This document shows, in pieces, positions 1 through 8,551 of a DNA stretch of 64,000 bases (positions are counted from its first letter, which is position 1; the number at the start of each line of letters is the position of its first letter). The stretch comes from Bacilli bacterium. GTDB taxonomy: Bacteria; Bacillota_I; Bacilli_A; RFN20; CAG-826. The notes under the pieces are model-generated. The model searched no databases. It was given only the letters and a program-made list of their open reading frames with translations, and was not told the DNA's origin. The translations under genes were made by a program, and so were the position numbers. Location of the stretch: NCBI GenBank assembly GCA_017447165.1, contig JAFSOD010000003.1:100801-164800 (forward strand). Direction: 5' to 3'.

Positions 1-236
1 GTAACAAAACAAACGAAAAAGCACGCTTAAGAAATAAAGCCGCTAAAAGCGCAATTAGAACTTCCATCAAAAAAGTGAAAGTTGCTGTTGAAGCTGGTAA
101 AAAAGAAGAAGCTGAAAAAGCATTATTAGAAGCTTATCGTTTAATTGACAAGTCTGTTTCTGATGGTGTCCAACACAAAAACACCGCTGCCAGACAAAAG
201 AGCGAGATCCAAAGATTAGTTAACTCTTTAAAATAA
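1..236 (+). CDS. rpsT: 30S ribosomal protein S20 (5-prime end cut by window edge)
   Basis: Frame starting at nt 3 reads NKTNEKARLRNKAAKSAIRTSIKKVKVAVEAGKKEEAEKALLEAYRLIDKSVSDGVQHKNTAARQKSEIQRLVNSLK then TAA at 234-236. This is a typical S20 sequence, and it is convergent with holA as in Bacillus. Confidence 0.9.
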   Translation, partial: NKTNEKARLRNKAAKSAIRTSIKKVKVAVEAGKKEEAEKALLEAYRLIDKSVSDGVQHKNTAARQKSEIQRLVNSLK

Positions 237-242
237 GTAATC

Positions 243-1223
243 TTATTGCGTTTTAAACTTTATTAAAAATAATTCAAAACCATAATTGCGGTCGACAAGA
301 CCGCTTTTTATGTCCAAATCTAATTGATATAAATCATCTAAAGTCTTTTTAATAGCTTTATCGCTAATCATTGGTAAGAGTTTAGAAAGAACATAAACTC
401 TACCTGGTTTAATCTTTAGTTCGTTAGCGATATATTCTTTAGGCATTCTCTTTTTACATAAGTAACTGATTTGCGATAAAAGTCTAAATTGATTACCAAG
501 TTGAGCGATTAATGTTGGAGATTGGATATTCTTTACTTGTAAATCACGAAAAAGACTAATTGCCTCAGCGTTTTTATTATCTATTAATAAATTAAATATT
601 AAGAAAGCATTGTCCTCTAACGGTTTATTTATCATTAAGATGACATCTTTATAGCGAATATGGTCGGTATATAAAGTGAGAATCTGGACGCTATTTTGAA
701 ATAACGCCACATCTCCTGAAGTACGCTCTGCTAGTTCCATAACAGCATCGCGGTCAATAACAATCTCATGTTTAGCTAAATAGGCTTTAACATATTCATT
801 CCAACCCTTTTCATCTGGGTCGACGATTTGAACGATTTTAGCCTTTTCTTTTAAGGCTTTAAAAAGTTCGCCTTTTTCATCGACTGCGGAATTACATACA
901 GAAAGTATAAAACAAGCATCTTGGTCAGTAGAGTTGTTCTCAATGTAGTCAACCAACTCATCATAATTTTGATCTGATTCAATTTTATTTTTTGGTTTTG
1001 GTTTTAATAAGAAATAGCAGTTTTCTAAAGAGACTACTTTCTTTTCATAGCCAAGAGAAACATATTTACATTCATCAACCGCATCTTGAACTAAAGCGTT
1101 ATGACCATCTAACTTAATAAAGTTAAGTTCGTCTGGTTTTTCTGCACCTAAAAATGCTTCCCCAATCTTACGAATTTGGGATTTGATAGTTGGAGATTGA
1201 TTTCCGTAAACTAAATAAATCAT
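243..1223 (-). CDS. holA: DNA polymerase III delta subunit
   Basis: 326-aa ORF. Its size and its position between a comEC remnant and convergent rpsT reproduce the Bacillus comE-holA/rpsT neighbourhood. Confidence 0.75.
   Translation of the reverse strand: MIYLVYGNQSPTIKSQIRKIGEAFLGAEKPDELNFIKLDGHNALVQDAVDECKYVSLGYEKKVVSLENCYFLLKPKPKNKIESDQNYDELVDYIENNSTDQDACFILSVCNSAVDEKGELFKALKEKAKIVQIVDPDEKGWNEYVKAYLAKHEIVIDRDAVMELAERTSGDVALFQNSVQILTLYTDHIRYKDVILMINKPLEDNAFLIFNLLIDNKNAEAISLFRDLQVKNIQSPTLIAQLGNQFRLLSQISYLCKKRMPKEYIANELKIKPGRVYVLSKLLPMISDKAIKKTLDDLYQLDLDIKSGLVDRNYGFELFLIKFKTQ
288..310 (+). terminator. Rho-independent terminator for rpsT, embedded in the 3-prime coding end of convergent holA
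   Basis: GCGGTC (288-293), loop gacaa, GACCGC (299-304), followed by TTTTTA (305-310). Confidence 0.55.
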
Positions 1224-1255
1224 CGCTTATTATTATAACTTATTTGTCAGTTTCA

Positions 1256-1516
1256 CTAGCAATAAGTTATTGTTCCTTCTAAATCCGTTCTTCGAATTCT
1301 GACTTTGTATTTATTTAAAATAGCAACAACCTCAGAATGTGGGTGACCATATTTATTCTTCTTTCCACACGATATCACTCCCACTTTAGGTGATAGATAT
1401 TTAATAAAAGCGTCACTACTAGAAGTGTTAGATCCATGATGACCAACCTTTAAGATATCACAAGGAATGGAACCTCGGTTACTGTCCCAGCAGAATCGAC
1501 TTGCATCTTTGGGTCG
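1256..1516 (-). pseudogene. comEC: Relic of the 3-prime end of comEC (competence channel, metallo-beta-lactamase domain C-terminus)
   Basis: An open frame with no start codon reads ...IPCDILKVGHHGSNTSSSDAFIKYLSPKVGVISCGKKNKYGHPHSEVVAILNKYKVRIRRTDLEGTITYC then TAG (1256-1258). The motifs LKVGHHGS, YGHPH and RTD are the conserved ComEC C-terminal signature. Only about 85 codons remain, immediately upstream of holA. Confidence 0.7.
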
Positions 1517-1581
1517 ATCATCACAAATGCGGCAATGACGGCGATTGTCACAACAACGACCCCGATTAGGATTTTAAACAT
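1450..1581 (-). CDS. 43-aa ORF with one predicted TM helix, out of frame with the comEC relic (possible leftover N-terminus of a comE gene)
   Basis: ATG at 1581 is preceded by GGAGG (1614-1618 on the minus strand). Product is MFKILIGVVVVTIAVIAAFVMIDPKMQVDSAGTVTEVPFLVIS, stop at 1450-1452. It overlaps the comEC-relic frame by a frame shift. Confidence 0.3.
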   Translation of the reverse strand: MFKILIGVVVVTIAVIAAFVMIDPKMQVDSAGTVTEVPFLVIS

Positions 1582-1587
1582 AAAATT

Positions 1588-1623
1588 AAAAACCTCCTAC
1601 ATTATATAAAGACGGAGGTTTTT
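1588..1623 (-). terminator. Putative greA terminator
   Basis: On the minus strand, AAAACCTCC and GGAGGTTTT arms flank a 16-nt loop and are followed by TTTAATTTT. The loop is long, so confidence is only moderate. Confidence 0.4.
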
Positions 1624-1647
1624 CGATTTTTTGTGAAAAAAATTTTT

Positions 1648-2130
1648 TTAGGCGCCTATTTTTAAGACTTCTACTTTGTAGACTTTTTTTGGTCCTTTAA
1701 CGTCAACGACGTCGCCAACAACTTTTCCGATTAAGGCCTCACCAAGTGGGGAAGCGTTAGAAATCTTGTTGTTGAATGGGTCACTTTCAACAGTACCAAC
1801 AATCATGTATTTACCTTCTTTTCCGGTTTCTACAAACTTAATGGTAACGGTTGAACCAAGAGCGACTTTATTACCACCTTTTTTGGATTTTGCTTCATCG
1901 TCAATGATTTCAGCATTAGAGAGAATATTTTCAATCTCCTTAATACGTCCTTCAACTTCAGCTTGTCTATTTCTCGCGGCATCGTAGTCAGCGTTTTCGC
2001 TTAAGTCACCTTGCGCACGAGCTTCAGTTAATTGTCTTTTTACTTCTTCTCTGGTGTTATCAATTAATTCACGAAGTTCTCTTTCAAGTTCTTCTTTACC
2101 AGCTTTTGTTAAGATTACTTTATCTGCCAT
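1648..2130 (-). CDS. greA: Transcription elongation factor GreA
   Basis: 160 aa. N-terminal coiled coil (LTKAGKEELERELRELI, DLSENADYDAA) and a C-terminal globular domain. Confidence 0.95.
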   Translation of the reverse strand: MADKVILTKAGKEELERELRELIDNTREEVKRQLTEARAQGDLSENADYDAARNRQAEVEGRIKEIENILSNAEIIDDEAKSKKGGNKVALGSTVTIKFVETGKEGKYMIVGTVESDPFNNKISNASPLGEALIGKVVGDVVDVKGPKKVYKVEVLKIGA

Positions 2131-2262
2131 GTTATATACCTCACAAATTCAGTCAAGCGTTATTATAGCAATAACGAGTTATATATTCCAAGAATTTTTC
2201 CAAAATATATATAAGTGGTTCAAATAGATTAATCTATTGGTTTCGTATATAATAAGTCAGGT

Positions 2263-2853
2263 ATGAAAAAGGACAACTATCTATTTAAACTCTTAATCCT
2301 CTTTCTGACTTTTATGAAAATTGGAGTCTTCACCTTTGGTGGAGGCTACGCGATGATTCCAATTATTGAAGAAGAAGTCACCAAAAAAAGAAAGTGGATT
2401 AGCGAGATGGAAATCATGGACATCCTCGCTATTAGCGAATCTACTCCTGGACCAATCGCAGTTAATACTGCAACTTATGTTGGATATAAAGTAGCAGGCG
2501 TTGCTGGAGGAATTATTGCTACCATTAGTTTAGCAATTCCATCTTTCGTTATTATTTTTGTTATTTCCTTCTTCTATCAAGACTTTATGCAGTGGCCAGT
2601 TATCGCTGCGATGTTTAAAGGCTTAAAAGTAGGAGTTATCATTCTTTTATTCTCCGCTGTTTTAAAACTCAAAAAAGGTGTGAAGGTCAATCTTGTAGGC
2701 ATCATTTTATTTGTGACTGCCTTAAGTTTGATGTTAGTCTTCTCATTTATTGATACAGGTTTTAAATACTTATCTTTATGTCTAATTTTATTAGGCATAA
2801 TCACCGGTATTGTTTTAACTTTAATAGGAAAAAATAAGGAGGAACAAGAATGA
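2263..2853 (+). CDS. chrA: Chromate transporter family protein (short-chain ChrA, first half of a pair)
   Basis: Polytopic membrane protein with FGGGYAMIPIIEEEV and ESTPGP motifs. Overlaps the next gene by 4 nt. Confidence 0.85.
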   Translation: MKKDNYLFKLLILFLTFMKIGVFTFGGGYAMIPIIEEEVTKKRKWISEMEIMDILAISESTPGPIAVNTATYVGYKVAGVAGGIIATISLAIPSFVIIFVISFFYQDFMQWPVIAAMFKGLKVGVIILLFSAVLKLKKGVKVNLVGIILFVTALSLMLVFSFIDTGFKYLSLCLILLGIITGIVLTLIGKNKEEQE

Positions 2854-3425
2854 TTTTCTTTGAGTTATTCTATACCTTCTTCCTTATTGGTTTATTCACT
2901 TTTGGTGGCGGCTATGCGATGATTCCAATGATTCAAGAACAAGTCGTTTCTAAAGGTTGGATTACTGAATCTAACTTAACAGACTTTATCGCGGTTAGTG
3001 AGGCTACTCCTGGACCATTTGCTATTAACATCTCCACTTTTGTTGGTAATTCCGTGGGCGGAGCTTTTGGAGCGGTGTGCGCTACTATCGGAGTGATCCT
3101 TCCTTCAATCATTATCATTCTCATCATTGCGATGATCATGAAGAAATTCATGAAAAATAAATATGTTCAAGGAGCATTAAATGGGGTTAGACCAATTGTT
3201 TTAGCTCTCATTCTAGCGACCGCCTTAATGTTATTAATCAAAGTGATGTTCTTTGGTGGTAACTCCTTTAAAGGAGAATGGGAGTTTGATATTAGAAGCT
3301 TTGCCCTTCTAGTTATTCTTTCTGGGATACTCTTTATTTATAAAAAAGTCAGAAAGAAAAGCCTAGGAGCAATCAAACTACTAGGCTTATCAGCGTTACT
3401 AGGAATAATAATCTTTACCGTTTAG
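2850..3425 (+). CDS. chrA: Chromate transporter family protein (short-chain ChrA, second half of a pair)
   Basis: FGGGYAMIPMIQEQV and EATPGP motifs. Paralogous to the upstream gene. Confidence 0.85.
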   Translation: MIFFELFYTFFLIGLFTFGGGYAMIPMIQEQVVSKGWITESNLTDFIAVSEATPGPFAINISTFVGNSVGGAFGAVCATIGVILPSIIIILIIAMIMKKFMKNKYVQGALNGVRPIVLALILATALMLLIKVMFFGGNSFKGEWEFDIRSFALLVILSGILFIYKKVRKKSLGAIKLLGLSALLGIIIFTV

Positions 3426-3676
3426 TCTGTCGCGTTTTCATCCATAAAGGCATTGAAGACTTCTTCCACTTCTTCGTATTCTTCGTCGGATTCGATTTCG
3501 AATAATTCGCCTTTATCGTTGTATTCCATACAAATTACGTCTTCAGGAGCGTCTTTGCTATATAAGAAGACGTATTTTTTCTTTCTTTCATCGTGTTCAT
3601 AGGTGAAAAGAATTTCCATTAAATGTTCGTTACCCTCTTCATCACGAATCGTTATTTGTTTTTCATCTTCAATCAT
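3422..3676 (-). CDS. DUF1292 family small acidic protein
   Basis: 84 aa, acidic. It sits downstream of ruvX and alaS, like yrzB in Bacillus. Confidence 0.75.
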   Translation of the reverse strand: MIEDEKQITIRDEEGNEHLMEILFTYEHDERKKKYVFLYSKDAPEDVICMEYNDKGELFEIESDEEYEEVEEVFNAFMDENATD

Positions 3677-3680
3677 CGCT

Positions 3681-4103
3681 TTATCTTCCTTTCATTCTTA
3701 AATAGAAATCTAATATTTCACAGGCTGCGATACGGTCAACAGATCCTTTTCTTTCTTTGCCTGAAACATTTAATTGATTAAGTGTCTTATGCGCAGACAC
3801 AGTAGTTAAACGTTCATCCACTAATTCGATTTTGAGAGTCGGATCTTCTTTAAGAAGGTCTTCTTTAAATCTTTTAGAGGAATCTGCTCTAAAACCTTGA
3901 GAACCATCCATATTAATTGGTAATCCAATTACTAGGTTTTTAATTCCGGTTTTTTCCACTAATTTATGAACATAATCTCGAGCCTGAGAATAAGCTTCTT
4001 TAGGGAATCTAAAGGTCTCAACTCCATGGACAAACCCTAAGACATCACTAGTAGCGACACCTAGGGTTGTAGTTCCTAAATCTAGTCCAATGTATTTTTC
4101 CAT
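3681..4103 (-). CDS. ruvX: Holliday junction resolvase-like / pre-16S rRNA nuclease RuvX (YqgF)
   Basis: The sequence IGLDLGTTTLGVA near the N-terminus is typical of YqgF. 140 aa, immediately downstream of alaS. Confidence 0.9.
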   Translation of the reverse strand: MEKYIGLDLGTTTLGVATSDVLGFVHGVETFRFPKEAYSQARDYVHKLVEKTGIKNLVIGLPINMDGSQGFRADSSKRFKEDLLKEDPTLKIELVDERLTTVSAHKTLNQLNVSGKERKGSVDRIAACEILDFYLRMKGR

Positions 4104-6703
4104 TATTTGACTAATCCTTTAGCAACTTCAATAGCTTCACCGATCTTAGAAGCATCTTTACCAGCACCACTTGCAAAGTCTGGTCTTCCTCCTCCTGAAC
4201 CACCTAAAGCTTGAGCAACGCTTCTTACTAAGTCACCGGCTTTATAAACTTTTTGTGCTTCTCCGTTTACACTACATACAACAGAGATAGAATCTTTGCT
4301 GGTACCAATTAAAACGATAACAGAATTCTTGTGAGAGACCTTGAGTTTATCAATTAAACTGGCTAATGCATTTCTATCTGCGTCTTTGATGTGTTTGATT
4401 AACACTTCTTTATCTCCCAAAGCAACAAACTCACCGTCTAAAGAAGCACTCTCTGCATTCGCGAGTTTCATGCTTAAAGATTCCACTGTTTTCTTGAGTT
4501 CAGCTTTCTCGGCTAACATCGCATTTAGTCTGATATTAACTTCACTAATAGAACCAGCACCTAAGCTATTTCTAGCTTGTACAAGCATATTTTCACGTTT
4601 TTTGAGTAATTCATAAGCGCCAATAGAGGTTCTAGAAACAATACGTCTAACTCCACTAGCAACTGATTCTTCACTTTCAATAACAAAGACACCAATATCT
4701 CTTGTATTACTAACGTGAGTGCCACCACAGAATTCCTTGGAAACTTCACCAAAGCAAACAACTCTAACAATGTCTCCATATTTATCATCGAATAATGCTT
4801 TAGCGCCAATCTTTTTCGCATCAGCAATGGATAAGACTTTAGTCTCTTCTTCAATCGCTTCAGAAATCCATCTATTAACCTTTCTTTCTACTTCTGCAAT
4901 TTCTTCTTCGCTCATCTTTTTAAAGTGTGAGAAGTCAAAGTGAATATAATCAGCACAGACATAACTACCTTTTTGAGCAACATGATCACCAAGAACTTCA
5001 GTTAAAGCACTTTGAAGTAAATGGACCGAAGAGTGATTTCTTCTAATTAATTCACGGTTGTATGAGTCAATTTTTAAATTAACTTTATCGCCAACTTTGA
5101 TTTCACCAAATAAAACAGTGACATGATGTAAATGTTGTTTATTAGGAGCTTTACTTACAGAAACAACCTTTGCTTCCATAGATTTATTTGAGATGGTGCC
5201 AATATCTGAAACTTGTCCTCCACTTTCTGCATAGAATGGAGTTTCTTTAACAATTAAGTCGCCTTCTCCACTAAGTGATTCAACTTTTTCGCCATCCACA
5301 AAAACACCAATAACTTCTGAGACAATTTCAGTCTTTTCATAGTTGAAAGAACTTTGTTCTTTGAAATTCATCAAATCTATGGATTGCTTGTTCATGGATT
5401 GTTGATCTCCACGAGCAGCTCTAGCTCTTTCTTTTTGTTTATTCATTTCTTCTTCAAATTCTTTTTCATCCACTTTGACACCATTTTCTTCACAAATTTC
5501 TAAAGTTAATTCTTTAGGGAAGCCAAATGTGTCATAGAGCTTAAACATGTCTTTGCCAGATAAAGATTTGCTATCTTTAATTAAAGACATAAGTAAAGAT
5601 TCACCATTTTGAAGTGTCTTTAAGAATTTCTCTTCTTCAGCTTGCACCATCTTTGAGATGAATTCTTGTTTATCTAATAAATATGGGTAGTAGGATTTCA
5701 TAATCTCCGCTACTACTGGAACAAGTTTATGTAAGAAATGAGTGTCAATTCCTAATACGTGTCCATATCTTTCCGCTCTACGGAGTAATCTACGTAAAAC
5801 GTAGCCTCTACCTTCGTTAGAGAACATTTCTCCATCCGCTAAAGCAAAGGTAATGGTTCTAATATGGTCAGCAATCACTCTAAAAGCGCGCCTATTAGAG
5901 GAATATTCTTTTTTCGATATTTCTTCTGTCTTTTGAATAATTGGCCAGAATAAATCAGTTTCATAGGCTGTATCAGTCTCTTGAATGACGCAGGCAAATC
6001 TTTCTAAGCCCGCACCAGTATCGATGTTTTTACTTGGAAGTTCTTTATATTCGCTTCTTTTCTTTCCAATTTCACTATTGAACTGTGAGAAAACGATATT
6101 CCAAATTTCGACATATCTAAAGTTTGGCAAATCTTCTTCTAATAGTTTCACCCCAACATGTTCTGGATCAAATTTTTCTCCACGATCGAAATGGACTTCA
6201 GTGTCAGGTCCACAAGGTCCTTCTCCAATTTCCCAGAAGTTATCTTCTTTTTTGATTAAATGAGACTCCTCGACTCCAACTTCTAACCAGCATTTTTTAG
6301 TTTCTAAATCATCTGGATGATAAGTAACATATAATCTTTCTTTAGGAAAGTTAAACCATTTTTCGCTAGTTAATAGTTCCCATGCCCAAGGGATAACTTC
6401 TTTTCTAAAGTAATCTCCAATAGAGAAATTACCGAGCATTTCAAAGAAAGTTAAGTGAGTGGCGTCACCCACATTTTCAATATCGTTAGTTCTAATTGAT
6501 TTTTGAGCATTAGTGATTCTTCTACTTGGTGGGACTTCACTACCATCAAAATATTTCTTTAAAGCCGCAACTCCAGCGTTAATCCAAAGTAAAGTTGGAT
6601 CATTTTTAGGAATTAAAGAACTACCTGGTTCGACGTGGTGTCCTTTACTTTTAAAGAAATCTAACCACATTTGTCTAATTTCACTTGAAGACATCTTTTT
6701 CAT
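4103..6703 (-). CDS. alaS: Alanine--tRNA ligase
   Basis: Full-length AlaRS, including the editing-domain HSSVHLL motif and CGGTHV. The ORF-track start at 6751 runs through the T-box terminator. The ATG at 6703 (MKKMSSSEIRQMW) has GGAGG 8 nt upstream and is the likely start. Confidence 0.97.
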   Translation of the reverse strand: MKKMSSSEIRQMWLDFFKSKGHHVEPGSSLIPKNDPTLLWINAGVAALKKYFDGSEVPPSRRITNAQKSIRTNDIENVGDATHLTFFEMLGNFSIGDYFRKEVIPWAWELLTSEKWFNFPKERLYVTYHPDDLETKKCWLEVGVEESHLIKKEDNFWEIGEGPCGPDTEVHFDRGEKFDPEHVGVKLLEEDLPNFRYVEIWNIVFSQFNSEIGKKRSEYKELPSKNIDTGAGLERFACVIQETDTAYETDLFWPIIQKTEEISKKEYSSNRRAFRVIADHIRTITFALADGEMFSNEGRGYVLRRLLRRAERYGHVLGIDTHFLHKLVPVVAEIMKSYYPYLLDKQEFISKMVQAEEEKFLKTLQNGESLLMSLIKDSKSLSGKDMFKLYDTFGFPKELTLEICEENGVKVDEKEFEEEMNKQKERARAARGDQQSMNKQSIDLMNFKEQSSFNYEKTEIVSEVIGVFVDGEKVESLSGEGDLIVKETPFYAESGGQVSDIGTISNKSMEAKVVSVSKAPNKQHLHHVTVLFGEIKVGDKVNLKIDSYNRELIRRNHSSVHLLQSALTEVLGDHVAQKGSYVCADYIHFDFSHFKKMSEEEIAEVERKVNRWISEAIEEETKVLSIADAKKIGAKALFDDKYGDIVRVVCFGEVSKEFCGGTHVSNTRDIGVFVIESEESVASGVRRIVSRTSIGAYELLKKRENMLVQARNSLGAGSISEVNIRLNAMLAEKAELKKTVESLSMKLANAESASLDGEFVALGDKEVLIKHIKDADRNALASLIDKLKVSHKNSVIVLIGTSKDSISVVCSVNGEAQKVYKAGDLVRSVAQALGGSGGGRPDFASGAGKDASKIGEAIEVAKGLVK

Positions 6704-6728
6704 ATTTTTTCCTCCAAATATAAGAAAA

Positions 6729-6930
6729 CGTTCCTTTATAGGAACGAACAAGTCCGCGATACCATCCTATTTCCTCTCCAATATAAGAGAGACACTTAAT
6801 TAATAGTTATTTCGTTAACTTTACGGTGGCATTACCCACACGACAAGGAGTGGCCCATTTATTCTCTATTACGTGCTTGCACCTAATCACGCTCTCTAAG
6901 AATAGAAGAAATAAATTTCTTTCCTTCGCT
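6729..6930 (-). promoter_or_regulatory. T-box riboswitch leader of alaS
   Basis: On the minus strand: AGCGAAGGAAAG stem I base; AGAGAG box; GGTGCAAGC distal-loop element; T-box sequence AATAGGATGGTATCGCGG (core at 6755-6767); terminator CGTTCC-tataaa-GGAACG (6729-6746) followed by TTTTCTT. Candidate specifier is GCC followed by A (6854-6851). Confidence 0.85.
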
Positions 6931-6998
6931 AGATATTATTACATTTATCAATTTATAATCCAATAAAGATTTTATTCAGTTGAAAAATTTTTAAAATA

Positions 6999-7110
6999 GG
7001 ATAATCCGCCAGAAATAACTATTTTTACCAACTTTTGGCGACTTATACGCATTTTTTATATGGATAATCCGCCAAAACTATTATTTTCCACATACTTCTG
7101 GCGAATTATA
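6999..7110. repeat. Paired palindromic repeat, 112 bp (two 49-bp units plus a 14-bp spacer), left copy
   Basis: ggataatccgccagaaataactatttttaccaacttttggcgacttata - cgcattttttatat - ggataatccgccaaaactattattttccacatacttctggcgaattata. Each unit has roughly 14-nt inverted arms (ATAATCCGCCAGAA / TTTTGGCGAATTAT). The ATPase stop codon (7106-7108) lies inside the last unit. Confidence 0.9.
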
Positions 7111-8524
7111 CTAAAAATAAAGAGTCACAATCAAAACTGTTTTGAACTATATTTGAATACTGATTCTTTTTTAGTCCGTTAACAGTAAACAAGGAAATTT
7201 GCACAGATTTATTTGTCTTAGTTTCATTTATAAAAACAGCTCTCTTATTCAATAGATTATCAGCGTACTTTTTATCTATTTCAAACACAGAAACCGAATG
7301 CTTCATTTCACAAATATTAATTGTTCGATCGCCTCTATTAATAACCAAGTCAATTTGTGCACCGGTTTCAGAATTCTTGCTTCTCCAAGAAAAAACTTCT
7401 GTTTCAATTGAAGAGATTCCGAGCGCCATCTTAATTGAGTTGATGTTATTTAAACATACTTTTTCAAAAGCCAATCCGCACCAAGAATAATAATCAGAAG
7501 AATTTATAAATGAAAGCCAAGAAATCTTTTTGTTTGCAAAATCAAATTTTAAAGAAAATAAAATAAACGGATCAATTATTTGATAAAAGCTACCGTTTTT
7601 TTGCATTGTAAAATTGGTGAACTTTCTTATGAAAGAACATTGCTCTAACTCAAGTAAAATATCAGTCAATGTTTGCCCACTTATCTTTGTTTTTTCGATA
7701 ATTTGTTGTCTGGTTATTCCTGATTTAACTTTGCTTAATGATAAAATCACTTCCAAATGTTTATTATGATTCTTAAACAAAGATTTAAATAAATTATTTA
7801 ACTCGTAGTGAAGATCGCCTTTTTCTTCAAAACATAATTTTTCAATATTTTGATCTAATGACAATCTTGGGGACAACATTTCTAAATAAAATGGAACACC
7901 ACCAAAAACCATATAAGCATCAATGACAGTTTGTTTTGTATATTGAAATCCCTTGGATAATAGATATTCATATGTTTCTTTTAATGTAAAAGGCTCCAGC
8001 AAAATCTTTTTAGTTACACGGTTATAAAAACCGGTTTTAGAATTTAATAAATTGTTCAAGATCCAAGATGTTGCCGATCCACAGACTATCAGCACTATAT
8101 CTTTGTGTTTAGATGCATAACTATTCCAGAAATAATCAAGCGCAGATTTAAAATTCGATTTAGGAGTATCCATCCATGGAAGCTCATCCAAAAATACAAT
8201 TCTTTTATTGCTAGAAATTTCTCTATTAACATTATCTGATTCAAGAATATTTATAAGCAAATCAAAAGCTTCGTACCAATCAGATGGGGTTTTGTTCTTA
8301 TTATGACCATATTTCAATAAAAAACGCTCAAATACTTTTAGTTGATTTTTTTGATTTCTTTCAACAACTCCAGTAGCGTAAAAGGCATAATTGCCATTAA
8401 AGAATTCATCAATCAAAAAAGTTTTGCCAACTCTTCTTCTTCCATACACTACTACAAATTCTGATTTATCGCTTTCTAGTGTTTGATTAAGCAAATTAAT
8501 TTGATCTTTTCTTCCGATAATCAT
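7106..8524 (-). CDS. AAA-type ATPase of the archaeal-ATPase/DUF234 kind, with a C-terminal PD-(D/E)xK-like motif
   Basis: 472 aa. Walker A GRRRVGKT, Walker B IVFLDELPW, and a C-terminal AQIDLVINRGDRTINICEMK (D...E-x-K). SD GAGGA lies upstream of the ATG at 8524. Confidence 0.8.
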   Translation of the reverse strand: MIIGRKDQINLLNQTLESDKSEFVVVYGRRRVGKTFLIDEFFNGNYAFYATGVVERNQKNQLKVFERFLLKYGHNKNKTPSDWYEAFDLLINILESDNVNREISSNKRIVFLDELPWMDTPKSNFKSALDYFWNSYASKHKDIVLIVCGSATSWILNNLLNSKTGFYNRVTKKILLEPFTLKETYEYLLSKGFQYTKQTVIDAYMVFGGVPFYLEMLSPRLSLDQNIEKLCFEEKGDLHYELNNLFKSLFKNHNKHLEVILSLSKVKSGITRQQIIEKTKISGQTLTDILLELEQCSFIRKFTNFTMQKNGSFYQIIDPFILFSLKFDFANKKISWLSFINSSDYYSWCGLAFEKVCLNNINSIKMALGISSIETEVFSWRSKNSETGAQIDLVINRGDRTINICEMKHSVSVFEIDKKYADNLLNKRAVFINETKTNKSVQISLFTVNGLKKNQYSNIVQNSFDCDSLFLV

Positions 8525-8551
8525 TTTTAAATCCTCATATATATTAAAACA

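Noticed and set aside
1630-1648. The motif TTGTGAAAAAAA occurs three times (1630-1648, 44971-44990, and as a reverse complement near 54207-54220). I considered it as a regulatory half-site.
   Set aside because: It is short and mostly homopolymeric A/T, found in different contexts (downstream of greA, a divergent spacer, downstream of a terminator). It has no second half-site, so it is indistinguishable from chance in AT-rich spacers.
6704-6751. The 16-codon N-terminal extension of alaS given by the ORF track (MFVPIKERFLIFGGKN).
   Set aside because: It is read from the T-box terminator hairpin. The ATG at 6703 has a canonical GGAGG SD and yields the normal AlaRS N-terminus.
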